Part shown: positions 61,335 to 64,000 of the stretch, one piece after another
Layout of the letters: each line of letters starts with the position of its first letter
Position numbering within the stretch: the stretch's first letter is position 1
Position numbers and translations under genes: made by a program
DNA from: Pristiophorus japonicus
Taxonomy: Eukaryota
Length of the DNA: 64,000 nucleotides
Direction: 5' to 3'
NCBI RefSeq assembly: GCF_044704955.1
Contig: NC_092003.1
Location: 7,812,001 to 7,876,000 of the forward strand
Notes under the pieces: generated by a model
What the model was told of the DNA's origin: nothing
Databases searched by the model: none
Seen by the model: only the letters and a program-made list of their open reading frames with translations

Positions 61335-63368
61335 AACATAAGAATTAGGAACAGGAGTAGGCCATCTAGCCCCTCGAGCCTGCTCCGCCATTCAACAAGA
61401 TCATGGCTGATCTGGCCGTGGACTCAGCTCCACTTACCCGCCCGCTCCCCATAACCCTTAATTCCCTTATTGGTTAAAAATCTATCTATCTGTGATTTGA
61501 ATACATTCAATGAGCTAGCCTCAACTGCTTCCCTGGGCAGAGAATTCCACAGATTCACAACCCTCTGGGAGAAGAAATTCCTTCTCAACTCGGTTTTAAA
61601 TTGGCTCCCCCCGTATTTTGAGGCTGTGCCCCCTAGTACTAGTCTCCCCGACCAGTGGAAACAACCTCTCTGCCTCTATCTTGTCTATCCCTTTCATTAT
61701 TTTAAATGTTTCTATAAGATCACCCCTCATCCTTCTGAACTCCAACGAGTAAAGACCCAGTCTACTCAATCTATCATCATAAGGTAACCCCCTCATCTCC
61801 GGAATCAGCCTAGTGAATCGTCTCTGTACCCCCTCCAAAGCTAGTATATCCTTCCTTAAGTAAGGTGACCAAAACTGCACGCAGTACTCCAGGTGTGGCC
61901 TCACCAATACCCTATACAGTTGCAGCAAGACCTCCCTGCTTTTGTACTCCATCCCTCTCGCAATGAAGGCCAACATTCCATTCGCCTTCCTGATTACCTG
62001 CTGTACCTGCAAACTAACCTTTTGGGATTCATGCACAAGGACCCCCAGATCCCTCTGCACCACAGCATGTTGTAATTTCTCCCCATTCAAATAATATTCC
62101 CTTTTACTGTTTTTTTTCCCCAAGGTGGCTGACCTCACACTTTCCGACATTGTATTCCATCTGCCAAACCTTAGCCCATTCGCTTAACCTATCCAAATCT
62201 CCTTGCAGCCTCTCTGTGTCCTCTACACACCCGCTTTCCCACTAATCTTAGTGTCATCTGCAAATTTTGTTACACTACACTCTGTCCCCTCTTCCAGGTC
62301 ATCTATGTATATTGTAAACAGTTGTGGTCCCAGCACTGATCCCTGTGGCACACCACTAACCACCGATTTCCAACCCGAAAAGGACCCATTTATTCCGACT
62401 CTCTGCTTTCTGTTCGCCAGCCAATTCTCGATCCATGCTAATACATTTCCACTGACTCTGCTTACCTTTATCTTCTGCAGTAACCTTTTGTGTGGCACCT
62501 TATCGAATGCCTTTTGGAAATCTAAATACACCACATCCATCGGTACACCTCTATCCACCATGCTCGTTATATCCTCAAAGAATTCCAGTAAGTTAGTTAA
62601 ACATGATTTCCCCTTCATGAATCCATATTGCGTCTGCTTGATTGCACTATTCCTATCTAGATGTCCCGCTATTTCTTCCTTAATAGTTTCAAGCATTTTC
62701 CCCACTACAGATGTTAAACTAACCGGCCTATAGTTACCTGCCTTTTGCCTGCCCCCTTTTTTAAACAGAGGCGTTACATTAGCTGCTTTCCAATCCGCTG
62801 GTACCTCCCCAGAGTCCAGAGAATTTTGGTAGATTATAACAAATGCATCTACTATAACTTCCGCCATCTCTTTTAATACCCTGGGATGCATTTCATCAGG
62901 ACCAGGGGACTTGTCTACCTTCAGTCCCATTAGCCTGTCCAGCACTACCCCCCTAGTGATAGTGATTGTCTCAAGGTCCTCCCTTCCCACATTCCTGTGG
63001 CCTGCAAATTGTGGCATGGTTTTTGTGTCTTCCACTGTGAAGACGGAAGCAAAATAATTGTTTATGGTCTCAGCCATTTCCACATTTCCCATTATTAAAT
63101 CCCCCTTTTCATCTTCTAAGGGACCAACATTTACTTTAGTCACTCTTTTCCGTTTTATATATCTGTAAAAGCTTTTACTATGTGTTTTTATGTTTTGCGC
63201 AAGTTTACCTTCGTAATCTATCTTCCCTTTCTTTATTGTTTTTTTAGTCATTCTTTGCTGTTGCTTAAAATTTTCCCAATCCTCTAGTTTCCCACTAATC
63301 TTGGCCACCTTATACACATTGGTCTTTGATTTGATACTTTCCTTTATTTCCTTGGTTATCCACGGTTA
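61335..63368 (-). mobile_element. Young 2 kb CR1 (364 aa open RT segment) nested in another CR1 (61080-64000), with a 7 bp TSD
   Basis: TCCTCAT is duplicated at 61328-61334 and 63369-63375. RT motifs are intact. Confidence 0.92.
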
Positions 63369-64000
63369 TCCTCATCTCGGTCCTAAATGGCTTACCCCTT
63401 ATCCTTAGACTGTGACCCCTGGTTCTGGACTTCCCCAACATCGGGAACATTCTTCCTGCATCTAACCTGTCCAATCCCGTCAGAATTTTATGTTTCAATG
63501 AGATCCCCTCTCATTCTTCTAAATTCCAGTGAATATAAGCCTAGTCGATCCAGTCTTTCTTCATATGTCAGTGCTGCCATCCCGGGAATCAGTCCGGTGA
63601 ACCTTCGCTGCACTCCCTCAGTAGCAAGAATGTCCTTCCTCAGATTAGGAGACCAAAACTGTACACAATATTCCAGGTGTGGCCTCACCAAGGCCCTGTA
63701 CAACTGCAGTAAGACCTCCCTGCTCCTATACTCAAATTCCCTTGCTATGAAGGCCAACATACCATTTGCCTTCTTCACCGCCTGCTGTACCTGCATGCCA
63801 ACTTTCAATGACTGATGTACCATGACACCCAGGTCTCGTTGCACCTCCCCTTTTTCTAATCTGTCACCATTCAGATAATAATCTGCCTACCTGTTTTTAC
63901 CACCAAAGTGGATAACCTCACATTTATCCACATTATACTGCATCTGCCATGCATTTGCCCACTCACCTAACCTGTCCAAGTCACCCTGCAGCCTCTTAGC

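Noticed and set aside
62223-63317. Host reverse transcriptase gene
   Set aside because: It is a 5'-truncated CR1 ORF2 with a TSD, no endonuclease domain and a downstream frameshift.

Overview
Vertebrate genomic DNA, most likely a cartilaginous fish (inferred from the repeat repertoire: DeuSINE/SacSINE1-like SINEs, CR1, L2, RTE). It is very repeat-rich and has several N gaps. Two host genes are confidently recognised. FIBP is complete, with 10 coding exons on the minus strand (CDS 40688->17893, 1074 nt, 357 aa, all introns GT-AG). CCDC85B has a single coding exon on the plus strand (49622-50272) and is head-to-head with FIBP, as in mammals. The rest is mostly CR1, L2, RTE, Tx1-like and Gypsy fragments, SINEs, MITEs and many minisatellites. 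Four observations stand out. (1) Coding-like plus-strand exons of an unidentified gene lie antisense inside FIBP intron 5, with a CR1 apparently inserted at the splice donor. (2) The FIBP promoter core is bracketed by two different minisatellites built from RFX X-box motifs, and a third array in intron 1 is DR1-like. (3) Duplicated CTCF-like motif cassettes lie in convergent orientation inside FIBP. (4) Minisatellites have repeatedly expanded from specific short segments of three unrelated retroelements. All regulatory interpretations are motif-based inference.
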